Positions 25,509 to 38,787 of a stretch of DNA of 64,000 nt are shown here, one piece after another. A program made the translations under genes and the position numbers. This DNA comes from Eledone cirrhosa. Lineage: Eukaryota. Location of the stretch: contig OZ024741.1 of the NCBI GenBank assembly GCA_964016885.1, forward strand, positions 406,534,001 to 406,598,000. The letters run 5' to 3'. Position 1 is the stretch's first letter; every line of letters starts with the position of its first letter. The notes beneath the pieces were generated by a model. That model was not told where the DNA came from, ran no database searches, and saw nothing but the letters and a program-made list of their open reading frames with translations.

Positions 25509-26420
25509 CAATTCGAATGTGCTCAGGCACTCACGGTCCTCTGGCAAACGGACCCGGCGATCAGTGGAGACTCCACTTCGTCATTCTATAAAGGGTTGGT
25601 CCGCAGCAAGTGCGACGACACGCTCGGAGAAACTCTAGGCGTAGAGGAGGACGAACTGGCCAGTCTGTTCGGTAGGACAGTCCCTGGCCTGGCAGTGCTA
25701 CCGAGGAGCTCTACCAGTTCGAGACAAGCTCTACAGACACTGGCGCCCGGCTAGGGACCCTTCGAAAAAGATCTGTCCGAGATGCGTTCGCGACGAGGAA
25801 CCGTCGCGCGCGCATTTGTACACTGCCCGGGCGTTACCGACCTGTGGGGCTATGTAGAACAACTATTGTCGCGGGTGGGACCAATCCGGTTGACCACCGA
25901 GTCCATTGTCATGATCAAACCGCCACCCTCCTTCAAAAACAAGGGAGAGGCCGTTTTCCTGTGTGTTATGGCTATGGTGAAAGAGGTTATATGGTGGACG
26001 AGGTTAAAAGGGCTGAGGTCAGACACCTTTCTCTCCGGCGAGCAAGTGATTCGTTTTTTCAAATATCATTTTGGAAGAAAAATCAAGATGGAGAGAGAGG
26101 TGCTGTACCCCAACAAATTTTATAAAAGGTGAGTGAATGTGGCAAAGATGGCCCGAGTGGTTGGGCCTTCTCTCTATATAAGCCTGTAGGTTGGGGAAAA
26201 AGAGGAAGAGAGGAAGGGAGTACTCACTCTTGGTGCTACTGGAGATGAGGGTTGTACATTTTTTCGGGGTGTGTACAACCCCTGTGTAACACCTCCCCCC
26301 TATTGGGGATTTCAATTGTTATTTGTTATTGTATTAATAGTTTTATTTTCATATACCTATATGTAAACTCCCCATTTGTATTTGTCTCCTTCTTTTGTGC
26401 CCTTGTGGCTAATAAAGAAA
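25509..26420 (+). mobile_element. Tx1-clade LINE copy C (5'-truncated, diverged subfamily)
   Basis: Homologous to the last about 0.7 kb of ORF2 plus 3' UTR. Flanked by (TCTG/TCTA)n. Confidence 0.9.
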
Positions 26421-26650
26421 TTTATCTGTTTATCTGTCTGTCTATCTGTCGACGGAGGTAGACGTGTATTAACGAGCTCTGTGTTTTACATTGGTTTTAC
26501 CTTGTAAAGAGTGAGCTTTTGGATTATTTTTCTATTGTAATGTAGTTTAACCCCTCGTTTGGGCCTGCAGACGTTGGGGTTATTATTGTTTTCACCCCTT
26601 TTTCGGGTGAAAGTTTTCATGTTGCATTTTTGTGAACTCGGCTTGTAGTA

Positions 26651-28340
26651 ATGGACGGCATTAATACAAGTCATAGTGCCACCCTCCCCAAAGAAAAAAA
26701 AATCTTCGAGGAAAATTGAAAGCACAAAGTGCCCAGCTTCCCCCTGTTCTTTTAACGAAAAACGTTAATAAGGAACAACAGTCAACAACCGAAAAGACAC
26801 AAATTGGAAATAATACCAGCAACGGAAAAATTATCGATACCAATACGAACACCAAACTGAACAGCGACAACAACAACAATAACAAGAAAGACGACAACAA
26901 AATTTCCTTTGCGGAAACTGTAAAAAAAACACAAGTGTTCCTACCTTTGGATTTAACCAACGCAAAGCAAAAGTTGGAAGAAGCAAAAAGCTATGTGACT
27001 TTCGAACCCGATTGTTCATTCAGCGTTAATTCCCCAGAAGAAATAAAAAGAGAAATTGCCACGAGCACGGTGGTGTTCAGGACAATCTCGAATGCTACAA
27101 AAAAACCAGTACAACCGTCTCAGAGTGAGATAGAGCTGGTTTTAAGGAACCAAATGGAAAACATTTTGTTCATTCAAAAAGAAAAACTCTTCGGTAGCAT
27201 CTCGGTGCTTATGAAGGATCAAGAAACGGCGCAAAAACATTCCATTGCTCCCATTGTATCCACCCACTTCACCTTTTTCCCGTCTTACACGGGAAGGTCT
27301 CAAAGAATAAAATTCCACTGCATAAGACCCAAATTAGACACTTGGTGGCTACTTTGTGGCGTTTTAGACCTTGACCAAGACATTATAATCTCGGTTGGAA
27401 AGTCCTCCAGAGAGGTCTTTAGTGGGACCAGCGTAGAACTTCTGGTGCAGATGATCCCAGAAAGAATAGCGAGGATCCCACAGAGAATTCATTTAGAGGG
27501 AGAGACCTACATAAACATTTCGGTTGAGGGGAGGCGACCCGCGTGTTACCACTGCGCAAGCAGGGGTCACCTGAGGGTTGCATGCCCTCAACTGATAAAA
27601 AAGAAACCTTTATTACAAACACCACAAACAATAACACCACCACAACCACCACAACAACATCAACAACAACAGCTCAAGAAAAAAACCCCAAACACGGTCC
27701 CACCCAGCCCCTCCCCACAGAACACAAATACAAAAACACACGCAGTGCAAACACAACCTGGCAATATACCCCTCCCCTCCAATACAGAAGAGGAGCTCAT
27801 ATCCTCGGAAGACGAGGGGGCTCCCTTCCAAAAAGTCAAAAGAAAAAAGCGTACACACACCACACAAACAAAAATAACCCCACCTGAGAACACCACACCG
27901 ACAACAAAACGCAAGCTCACTCAAGAACAACAAACAAAAACAAACTCAACAACACAAAAACTCTACACATACAAAAACAAAAACAATAAAAACTTAGCAG
28001 ACAAAATAAACAATAACCCTTCGGTACAAACCGAAGGGCCGAATTTTACAATGGCAACGGGACTCCCTAACCTGAAAATGGTGAAGGTCCCACTTGACAT
28101 TTTTAAAACATTGAAAAACATTTACCCTGGGGACGTGGGGCCACCTTGCACCTGGCCACTCAACCGCGTCCTCCTGAAAGGTTTTCCCCTCCCCTCCTCA
28201 AACACCCACACAATTCCAAACACCCCAACCCCTCACACACTAATACCCCCACACCACCACAAACCACCACCCCACCCAACAACCCCTCCACCACCCCCAT
28301 GGAAACTGAAGAGCCCGGACCCCGGGACGCAGAGAGGTAA
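26651..28340 (+). pseudogene. ORF1 of copy D (zinc knuckle), frameshifted near both ends
   Basis: CYHCASRGHLRVAC. The native end METEEPGPRDAER* matches copy B. Confidence 0.85.
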
Positions 28341-28363
28341 GTGCCTCTTTCTTTATCACCAAC

Positions 28364-31300
28364 ATGGCTGTGTGAAGAGTAGCTTGTCTAAATGCGCGTG
28401 GCCTGGGCTCACCTTGGAAGCAAGCTAAACTTCTAAATGACCTCAGGTCACGATGTATAAATGTGATGGTTATTTGCGAGGCCCGGATCAGCAGCGTGCG
28501 ACAGCTAACCCCCACCTTTGATGACTTTGAGATGCACGCATCTCTCTGTCAGCCCGGAGGTGGGAGTCGGGTTGTCGTTCTGCTGCAAAAACATCTGGGT
28601 CTCGCTACTCAGACGGTACACTTGGACCCGGAGGGTCGACTAGTGGTTCTGGACCTTGGCAGTGGTGAAGGCGAAGATTTTAGGCCGTTTTTTGGGCAAT
28701 GCTGTCGAACTTCTTCCATCGTCTGGAGACTTTTCTAGGGACGTCCCGCTCCTTGCTTTTAGTGGGGGACTGGAATGGTATCCTAGATGCACGTTGGGAC
28801 TATGTAGGGGCATATCCCGATAGAGGGGGGTGTAACAACCTCAAGGGGTTAATCGGCCGATTTGACCTGGCCGATAGATATCGACTAGATTTTCCGACTC
28901 TGCCAACCTGAACTTGGGCAAACCATAGCGGTCAATCTAGATCGTACCTAGATAGGTTCTTAGTTAGGATTAAGGATAGGGATATTTTAAGTTGTCCAGA
29001 AATGCTCATGGCGGGCTATTCAGACCACAAGTTAGTGACCTGCATAGTCCACCTTGAAAGAACGCATAGGCAGGGACCCGGTGACTGGAAGCTCAACTTG
29101 TCCTTACCGGCAAGTAGAGCTTACAGGGACCGGATTAGAACCTTAGTTAAGGAGCAGTTGACGGGCGCCATCGTCAACAGCAGGTGGTGGGGCTCTCTGA
29201 AAAGAGAGATTAGAGTAGTTTCAATAGGAGTTAGTAAAGAATTACCTCAGATAGAAATAGGAAGGAAAGGGAGTTGGTAGTTAATGTTGAAGAGGCAATG
29301 AGAAGCGGCAATGTGGCCAGAGTGCAAGCGTCGAGAACGGCCTTGAGCCAGTTCTTCGACGCGAAACGCGAAGGCTGCGTTGTCCGAAACAAAATACGTG
29401 CTCTGGAAAACGAGGGGACCAAAGCTGTTAGCTGGGCCCACGTGACAGAAGCCAAAAGTGGGATTAGAACCACTATCCGGTCTTTGCGAGACCAGGATGG
29501 ACGGGTGATCCTTGAACCTAAGAAAATGTGCGAGGCCTTTCAAAGGTACTTTGCCCGATTGTTCGGGAGGGGCGGGGGGCCGGTTGGGGATGGGGATTTC
29601 GGTCCATACCTCGACGGCCTGCCGCGTCTTTGGGACGAGGAGGCGAGGTCCTGCGACGGGCCGATCTCAGCTGCTGAAATAGGGGACGTGCTAAGCCTAT
29701 GCGGCGAACGCAAATCTCCAGGCCTCGATGGTCTACCCTACTAACTATATATTAATATGCCGGACTTGTTCCCCGATCTCCTCGAGGTGGTCTACTGCAA
29801 CTGGCAACAGAACGGGAGAATTCCCTGTTCTGTGACCAAGGGTGTAGTCTCGCTAGTGGGGAAGGACGAGAACAAGAGGGATGGCATTAGTAATTTTAGG
29901 CCCATAACTCTGCTAAATGCAGAGTTAAAGATTTTGGCCAAGGTGTTAGCGAAGAGGTTGGCGCTTGTCGTGGGAGGCCTGGTGGGAGATGCGCAGACAT
30001 GCACTATCCCGTCCAGGTCCATCCACGACAAGCTCCACCTCATGCGATACATCATAGAGAGGGTTGGCAACGAACCCGGCTTTGGTGGGGCCCTGATAAA
30101 TTTAGATCAGTCTAAAGCTTTCGATAGGGTGGACCATGGTTACCTGGATGCGGTGCTAGCGGCGGCTGGTTTCGGACTCGTTTTCAGGGGCTGGATCACT
30201 GCCATGCACAGCAGCCGCATCTGCTCTAGAGTTAAGGTGAACGGCTACTTCTCGGAGCCGTTCGAAATCACCCGCTCCATCCGACAGGGGTGCCCTCTCA
30301 CCTCCCTTCTGTATGTATTGGCTCTCGAGCCACTACTGCGGAAGTTGGAGTTGTTGCAGGGCATCCCTTTGGAACCGGGATTGCGCAAAGCGGTGTCGGC
30401 CTATGTCGATGACGTAACAGTAATGGTGTCGACTACCGCGGAAATCGGGGCAATCGGCACCTTACTGGAGGAGTACGAAAGGTTGACAGGGGCTAAGCTG
30501 AACCGGGACAAGTCAGTCACTTTGCAACTCGGAGAGTGGAGGGGCAAACCGATGTCGTCCGACGGTATCGTCGGACGGTGGACGGAGGGCCCGGTGAAGT
30601 TGCTTGGGGTCTGGTTCGGACCGGACCTCCAGGTGGAGAAAAACTGGGCTGAGATGACGAATAGGGTGTTTGCACTGACCCAGAAATGGGCCGAGTGCAA
30701 ACTATCCCTGAAAGGTCGGGCGGAGGTGGCGAACGCTTACATAGCATCCGTCATCTATTACCGCTTGACTGTCGTGCCTTGCCCCGGTGAGATCCTCGCC
30801 AAAATGGAGCGCGCTCTCTTTCACTTCCTTTGGAAGAAGAGGTCTCCCCTGGTGAGGAGATCCATCTGCTGTCAACACCCTTTGAACGGAGGGCTGGGGA
30901 TGCCGTGGCTAAAAATACGTTAACACGCATTGAGGCTACGGCACCTCCAGGTATTCCTCACCGGTCAACCGGTGTGGGCCCCGTTTGTGAGGCGAGCCTT
31001 CCCGAGGCTCGTCTCGCTCACCGAGCTACAGTCCTGGATGAAGCAAAGACCGAGAAAACTGGGCGACTGGCACACCGAGTGTTCCCAGGCGCTCACGGCT
31101 GTCTGGCAGGCGGACCCGGCTATCGGTGGAGACTACACCTCGTCATTCTATAGAGGGCTGGTAGTTAGCAGGTGCGACGACACACTCGGAGAAACCCTAG
31201 GCATGGAGGAGGACGAACTGGCCAGCCTATTCGGTAGGACTTTCGGCCCGGGACCTATGGACAATTTCCAGAAGTCCTTGGCCTGGCAGTTCTACCGAGG

Positions 31301-31783
31301 GGCTCTTCCCGACGGGATAAGCTCTACACACACGGGCGCCCGGGTAGGGATCCCTCGAAAAAGATCTGTCCCAGATGCGTGCGCGACGAGGAAACCGGCT
31401 TGCATGCATTGGTGCACTGCCCGGGCGTTGCCGATCTGTGGGGCTATGTCGAACAACTGTTGTCACGGGTGGGACCAATTAGGTTGACCACCGAGTCCAT
31501 TGTAACGATAAAGGCACCTCCCCCCTTCAAAAATGAAGAAGAGGCGGTCTTTCTCTGTGTAATAGCCATGATAAAAGTGGTTGTATGGTGGGCGCGTCTA
31601 AAAGGGTTGAGGTCGGACACCTTTCTTTCCGGCCAACAACTGGTTCTTTTCTTCTGATACCATTTCGGAAGAAGGATCAGGATGGAGAGAGAGGTGCTCC
31701 ACCCCAGCCAGTTTTATAAAAGGTGGGTGAAAGTTGCGAGAATGGCCCGTGTGAATGGGCCTTCTCTCTACCTCAGCCTGTAG
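28364..31783 (+). pseudogene. ORF2 of copy D (APE-RT-Zn finger), disrupted
   Basis: Same motifs as copy B. RT motif reads YVDD and there are multiple stops. Confidence 0.95.
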
Positions 31784-32142
31784 GTGGAAAAGGATGAAGG
31801 AAGAAGGGAGCACCTTCTCTTCGTGCTACCGTGGAGAAGGGTCGCACATTTTTTTTTGGGGGGGGGGGGGGGACCCCAAAACGATCCCTCCCTATTGAGG
31901 ACCTTTTTGTTATAATTTTATTTGTTATTACATTTTTTTACTCGACTTCTATGTAAACTCCCCCCCCCCCCATCTTTGTGTCCCTTTCTTTTATGCCGTA
32001 GTGGCAAATAAACAGAAATGTGTCTGTCTATCTGCTTGTCTGTCTGTCTGTCTGTCTATCTATATATTCGAGTGACATATCTAATCTCGAAGAAGCTCAT
32101 AGCTGTGAATATCTTATGAAAATCAATATTAGGCCTAATAAC

Positions 32143-32680
32143 GTGAGATATGTAATACAGGGTCACGGCTGGCAGACGTTGATGTGAGATATGTAATACA
32201 GGGTCACGGCTGGCAGACGTTGATGTGAGATATGTAATACAGGGTCACGGCTGGCAGACGTTGATGTGAGATATGTAATACAGGGTCACGGCTGGCAGAC
32301 GTTGATGTGAGATATGTAATACAGGGTCACGGCTGGCAGACGTTGATGTGAGATATGTAATACAGGATCACGACTGGCAAACGTTGATGTGAGATATGTA
32401 ATACAGGGTCACGGCTGGCAGACGTTGATGTGAGATATGTAATACAGGGTCACGGCTGGCAGACTTTGATGTGAGATATGTAATACAGGGTCACGGCTGG
32501 CAGACGTTGATGTGAGATATGTAATACAGGGTCACGGCTGGCAGACGTTGATATGAGATATGTAATACAGGGTCACGGCTGGCAGACGTTGATGTGAGAT
32601 ATGTAATACAGGGTCACGGCTGGCAGACGTTGATGTGAGATATGTAATACAGGGTCACGGCTGGCAGACGTTGATGTGAT
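32143..32680. repeat. 41-bp minisatellite GATGTGAGATATGTAATACAGGGTCACGGCTGGCAGACGTT, about 13 near-identical copies
   Basis: Period 41 (32160, 32201...). Confidence 0.97.
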
Positions 32681-32721
32681 AGTCAGAAAATAATTGATTC
32701 ATGGAAATGTCGAAATATAAA

Positions 32722-33440
32722 GAGTGGGGGACTGTAGGGTGAGGGACTAGGGTGGCTGTAGGGTGGGGTACTAGGGGGAGACAGTAGGGTGACTGTAGGG
32801 TGGGGGATAGGGTAGGGGTGACAGTAGGGTGGGGGACGGTAGAGTGGGGGCTGTAGGGTGGGGGACTAGGGTGAGGGACTGTAGGGTGGGAGCGCTGTAG
32901 GGTGGAGGGTTGTAGGGTGAGTTCTAGGGTGGCTGTGTGTGCGGGGGGGGGGGGGGGGGGGACTGTAGGGTGGGAGACTACAATGACTGTAGGGTGGGGG
33001 ACTAGGGTGACTGTAGGGTGAGGAATTAGGGTGACTGTAGGGTGGGAGACTAGGGTGGGGTGACTGTAGGGTGGGTTACTAGGGGACTGTAGGGTGGCAG
33101 ACTAGGGTGGGGGTGACTGTAGGGTGGGGGACTGTAGGGTGGGGAACAATAGAAGGTAGAGAGAGGTGAAGGCAGAGAGAGAAAGGGAGACAGGTAGAGA
33201 GAGAGAGAGAGAAGTGGGAGGGAGATGGAGGGAGAAACAGTGAGAAAGGAAGAGGTGAGAGAGACAGAGAGACAGACAGAGAGAGATAGGTGGAGACAGA
33301 GAGGTGAGAAAGACAGTGAAAAAGAAAGAGGGCGGAGGGAGATAGACAGAGAGTGAAAGAGAAAGAGAGAGGGACATAGATAAAGAAAGAAAAAGACAGG
33401 GAGAGAGAGAAAGAGAGAAAAATAGTGAGAAAGAAAGAAT
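32722..33440. repeat. G-rich degenerate repeat (GGGGACTGTAGGGT)n followed by a GA-rich tract
   Basis: Directly visible dense GGG runs to about 33145, then (GA)-rich. Confidence 0.85.
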
Positions 33441-33493
33441 CAAAAATTGAAAAAAGAATTGCGTGGTAAGGATTCGAGGAATGACATTAAGAT

Positions 33494-33670
33494 AATTGTT
33501 TCTACTATTGGCACAAGGCCAGCAATTACCCAGTGTATTACTGGTACTTTATTTTATCGACCCCGTAAGGATGAAAAGCAAAGTTAACCTCGGCGGGATT
33601 TGAACTCAGATCGTAAAGGGACGTAACTACGACGTAACTACAACCCTCTACCAATACTGCCAATTCACCG
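33494..33670 (-). mobile_element. Dominant tRNA-derived SINE copy
   Basis: Reverse complement of 1658-1845. Confidence 0.8.
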
Positions 33671-33834
33671 CAAAAACCAATCAATAATCAATACTATGCT
33701 AAATATAACAAATAAATATCGAAGTTGTGAAATGATAGGAAATAGTTTTTTCTTGTTTCCATACCAAGAAATAACTTCTTTAGTTGATATAACTGTTAAT
33801 ATTTTCATTGTTTTAAAGTTAACACATTTTATCT

Positions 33835-34186
33835 GATGAATTGATATATTAATGGATTGTTATATTAATGGATTAATATATTAATGGCTTAATATATTAA
33901 TGGATTGATATATTAATGGGTTGATATATTAATGAATTGGTATATTAATGAATTGATATATTAATGGGTTGATGTATTAATGGTTTACTATATTAATGGG
34001 TTGATATATTAATGGGGTGATGTATTAATGGATTGATATGGGTTGATATATTAATGGATTGTTATATTAATGGATTGATATGGGTTGATATATTAATGGA
34101 TTGTTATATTAATGGATTGATATGGGTTGATATATTAATGGATTGTTATATTAATGGATTGATATGGGTTGATATATTAATGGATT
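33835..34186. repeat. 17-bp repeat GATATATTAATGGATT, evolving into a 44-bp higher-order unit at the right end
   Basis: Directly visible. Confidence 0.9.
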
Positions 34187-34329
34187 AGAATGTCATGTAA
34201 ACAGAATTTAATAGAAAAAGAAAAGAAATTGATTGAGAAGAAAGAGTGGAATGTAAAATAAGAAAATATTTTTTAAAAAACGTAAAAGGAAAGGAAAGGC
34301 AAGGACTGTAGTGACACAGAAGAATGTGG

Positions 34330-34715
34330 AGAGGGGGCTTTGGGCCTAGGGAGCGGCGGTAATAGGGCAGAACCCTGCCGACAAGACCGCAAAAGTATTC
34401 CCGCGGACAATAGCCAGCAACACCCACTGCAACAGCCACCCCACCTCATGGGGCTCCTTCCTCAGACAGCCAGTGACACCCCACTGCAACAGCCACCCCA
34501 CCTCACGGAGATCCTTCCTCAGACGAGCAACCAACGTTCCGATCTTGTGGAGGAGTTCGGCAGTACGGAGTCCAAGTTCACCTGAGGTTTCGACGGTGAC
34601 CGATGTAAAGATGAAGTGTCCGGACAATCCCCGGTATTTAGTTATCTTGTTTTCTTCTACGTAGTGGGCCGCAGTACCGGGGTTTGAGGCCGAAAGTTAA
34701 ACTATACTTAAATGT
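34330..34715 (-). mobile_element. CRE-like RLE 3' fragment (diverged family) with a 57-bp internal duplication
   Basis: ENKITKYRGLSGHFIF..VTVETSGELG...WLLQW.LLAIVRGNTFAVL. CCACTGCAAC at 34424 and 34481. Confidence 0.75.
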
Positions 34716-34789
34716 ACTCTAGATTAATAATTCCACTGGTCACTTTCTCTCAACTTTCTTTGCCTCATCAAGCACATGTGTGTATTGAT

Positions 34790-35450
34790 GTTCTCCCTCT
34801 TTCACTCACTGCCCCCTCCGTCTCTCTCGCTATCCCCATCTCTCACTATTATAAGCAAACGGGTGCCCTGCGCTGGCTACTCCGTGGTCCCGGTTGACAG
34901 AATAGGAAAGACATTTCCCCGGAGGATAGTGAGGGAAACACGTTGGGAGAGCCATTCCAGCTTGCGAGCCTCACACCTGCGGGTAGCCAATTCTGTGCCA
35001 ATGGTGGTGAGCAAGGAGGTGATCCTAGGGCCAAGCACACCAGAAGTCTCCCCTGCTAAGAGGTGCCGATTGTGGTGGTAAGGAGGTGATCCTAGGGCCA
35101 AGGACACCAGAAGTCTCCACTGCTACGGGGTGCCGATGGTGGTGGTAGGGAGGTGGTCCTAGGGCCAAGGGCACCAGAAGTCTCCACTGCTACGGGCTCG
35201 ACTGCAAACCTGTCGGAGAGCGACCAATATTTGGAGAATTTACCCTCCTCAGTCCGAGCAGAGCCTGGATTAGTCGCAGATTGTACCAGGTTGCCGCTGG
35301 AGAGTGTGTCGCTGCCTGTGGCATCGCAGATGATGAGTAGTTTACCACCGCTGAACAGAAAGATGGTCATGCCACCTGGCCTTTTACCGTCCCCTCGCTC
35401 CAGCCCCGCCGACTCGAGCTGGGAGGGGAAGCCTGCAGCATCCAAGCCAA
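34790..35450 (-). mobile_element. CRE-like RLE 3' fragment with 3 x 67-bp internal repeat
   Basis: GDGKRPGGMT...GK.LI.DAT.SDT...SKY.SLSDRF..PVAVETSG...WLSQRVSLTILRGN. CAGAAGTCTCC at 35041, 35108 and 35175. Confidence 0.85.
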
Positions 35451-36588
35451 TGTATTAATAACTAATGTGTTTTTGTTAATGATAATCGGTTCATTGGTTT
35501 TCCGTAAGGGCTAAGGATGCGTGCATACATCAGACAATGGCATGGTGGTCCACTGCATCCCAAGGAGGAGAAGATCACTAGTGGACTGATGATACTGTTG
35601 ATGCTATGGAACTAAGTGACATATCGTCCTCATTAAACACCTTCACCATATGACTCTGGATGTAGAGCTGTTAATGTAGATAGATCTTGGGGAAGCTTTT
35701 CATTATTATAATTACAACAACAAATCAGTCACTTGTCATATATTGCATGCATGGTCCCGCAACTCCTGAAAGAGTCGTAAGAGGCGCCGTACTTACATAT
35801 GGCGTCTCTAGGGAATGTTAGACTTGGTGGAACCCATACCTCTCCAGGCCTGAATACAGCAGAATACTTCTACAGAGAAGGTTAAAGAGAGGAAGAGAAG
35901 GATAAATAGAAGTTAGAAAGAGATATATAAGAAGAATCGACCCCAGTACTAGACTGGTAGTTTTTTATCGACATCGAGAAGACGATAGGTTAAGTTGATC
36001 TCGGCGGGATTTGAACTCATGGATGAGAGAGCCGGAAAAAATACTACAAAACACTATACCCGACGTTCTAACGGCTCTGTCAATTTGTTGACTCTAAGAA
36101 TAGTGAGGATTGTTAAGAAGACGTGTTGCAGAAGCAATTTATTGAATGGAAAGTAAAAGGATCGATCGACAAGACCTCCTTAACCAAGTGGGGTGGAACT
36201 CGTCAGATCGGACCAAGGAAATAAATGTTTCCATTGGTCTTTCAATTGCTGATACTATCTACCACTAGTTTAAAACGTGGAGTAACTATAAAGCATTTCC
36301 TAATACCGAAATATAAACCAGAGCTGAACAGAGAAAGAGTATACCCAAAGGATAGCTAGATAGCTAGATAGAGGGAGGGGAGATACGGGCAGATTCCTAT
36401 ATATATGTATGTGTCAATAACTACATAATTATCTTTGTGTGTATTGATATGTACTGTACAGTGTACACATAGAAATACTCTCACATACACACTACATATA
36501 TACATATACAAATACATACATATATATATATATATATATAGAAAGGATAAAAAGGACGATTGATTATTCCTTCATTGCATTTATTGAT

Positions 36589-36676
36589 AGGTGACGCGCG
36601 TTTCGCCACTGATCAGCTCAAGGTTCGATCTATATTGATCCTACCCGACTCAATAATCGGCAGCTCGACGGACCCT
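36589..36676 (-). ncRNA. Hammerhead-like motif with variant core CCGTCGA and extended stem II
   Basis: Minus strand: GGGT-CCGTCGA-GCTGCCGAT...ATCAGTGGC-GAAA-CGCGCG-TC-ACCT, followed by AATAAA. Flanked by (TA)n. Confidence 0.55.
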
Positions 36677-37266
36677 CTTAAAATGCTATAAGAAAATGAA
36701 ATACATGCTATGTGGTAAAGTCAGAGTTTCAAGAGTTTGACAAAATGAGTTGTTTTGATTGGTGGGAAGGATCAAGGCGATGTACTGGCCTGTAGTGTAT
36801 ATGGGGGTGGGTGTGATGGTGAGATGTTGGTGACGGTCGTTGGCTGCGATGGGCTGTGATGTGGTGGTGGTGGGTTGGCCTTGGCGTGTAGAGTATGTGG
36901 GGGTGGATGTGATGATATGGTGGTGGTTATGGTTATTTAGTGGGATGGGCTGTGGTATGAGGTTAGTGGATTGTCAGTAGACTGGTTGGCGTGTGGGTGG
37001 GGGTGTGGTAGTGGTGCCGTTGTCTATGGTAGCGGCGTTTGTGGTGGTGTGGTGGATGTATTGGTGGCGTCAGGTCTTTACATAGATACATAGTTAGACG
37101 CTCTTCGTCTGACAGATACCTTGTATATACGTATACGTACACATATATGTATATATGTGCACATATATTGTTGTATAAACACACACAACATAAAACACAT
37201 ACGCACATCCTTGCCCACACATATAGGCATACGCTCACACACATGTCTGTGTCTGTCTGTGTGTCT

Positions 37267-37305
<39 letters not shown>

Positions 37306-37829
37306 TGTGTGTGTCTCTGTGTGTGTCTATGTGTGTGTCTGTGTGTGTCTGTGTGTGTCTGTGTGTCTCTGTGTGTGTCTCTGTGTGTGTCTGTGTGTGT
37401 CTGTGTGTGTCTGTGTGTGTGTCTATGTGTGTGTCTGTGTGTGTCTGTGTGTGTCTGTGTGTCTCTGTGTGTGTCTCTGTGTGTGTCTGTGTGTGTCTGT
37501 GTGTGTCTGTGTGTGTCTGTGTGTGTAGTAAAATTAGCATTCGTTTAATCATGCTTTGAAGGTAAATATTAATCCTCAGCATGATTACTTAATTCTATGA
37601 AAACGAAATATTTAAAAAGAAAATATAGAAAATATAAATAACGTCCATGATGTCCTGATGTGTTGACTAGAATAGTTAGCTAATTGAATTTGGAATCGAA
37701 TTTCGAAAATATCACTGATTGAGGTTTTAGGCTAAAAATGACTGCAGAAAAAGAAAAATAACTGTTAGTATTGGATTTGACTAATGACTTCATTTGGAGC
37801 AAAGTTTAAATGTATTAAACGGTTTTGAC

Positions 37830-37879
<50 letters not shown>

Positions 37880-37885
<6 letters not shown>

Positions 37886-38146
37886 TGTTTCTACTTTAGG
37901 CACAAGGCCAGCAAATTACCCAGTGCATTACTGGTACTTTAATAATAATAATAATAATAATTGTTTCTACTTTAGGCACAAGGCCAGCAATAACCCAGTG
38001 CATTACTGGTACTTTATTTTATCGACCCCGTAAGGATGAAAGGCAAAGTCAACCTCGACGGGATTTGAACTCAGATCGTAAAGGGACGTAACTATGCTGG
38101 AAAGCATGGCGTCCGACCCTCTACCGATATTGCCAATCCACCGCCC
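37880..38146 (-). mobile_element. Dominant SINE plus a duplicated 3' end, with (TTA)n tails
   Basis: Reverse complement of 1658-1845. (TAA)n tracts at 37831-37884, 37940-37960 and 38148-38228. Confidence 0.85.
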
Positions 38147-38228
<82 letters not shown>

Positions 38229-38465
38229 GGCGCACTAGGTACTATCGATTGTCATAGGCGCACTAGGTACTATCTCAAAGAGTTTCTAAGGATGGTTAAA
38301 TAAAATTGGTCCCGCCCCGCTTTTTGGAACACTTCAAAAGGCATGCTTGCTGGGAACAGCAACAACCCTCCGATACGTCCTGAATATCTGTGGCTGCAGG
38401 TAGTGGCTTGATATTCATTTCAACAGACTTTCCAGTTAAATGACATCAATGACTGAGACTCAAAG
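38229..38465 (+). mobile_element. R4/Dong-like RLE LINE 3' end within (TAA)n
   Basis: GALGTISKSF.GWLNKIG...LQKACLLGTATTLRYVL. Flanked by (TAA)n on both sides. Confidence 0.75.
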
Positions 38466-38787
38466 AATAATAATAATAATAATGATTTCTTTATTGGCCA
38501 CAAAGGCAGACATCAAGAAAAATATTACAGACGGCACAGGACGGCACAGGACGGTACGATGTGGGTTTTGTTCGTGTAAAGACTTTTATTATTTAAAAGA
38601 AAATAAAAAGAATAAGACATAGAAACATATATATATATAAACAATAAAAATGAAAATTGAAACTATGAAAAATTCCCCAATAGAAGGGAAACCTCCGAGG
38701 GTTACTCGTGGCGAAAACCACACAAAAGACCACGGCCACCCTGACCACCAAGGCAAACGCCTTCTCTCAATTTTTCCATTTCTCAAA

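Larger units (their letters stand above)
26450..32020 (+). mobile_element. Tx1-clade LINE copy D, full length, inactivated
   Basis: Same layout as copy B, with a (TCTG/TCTA)n tail to about 32064. Confidence 0.92.
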
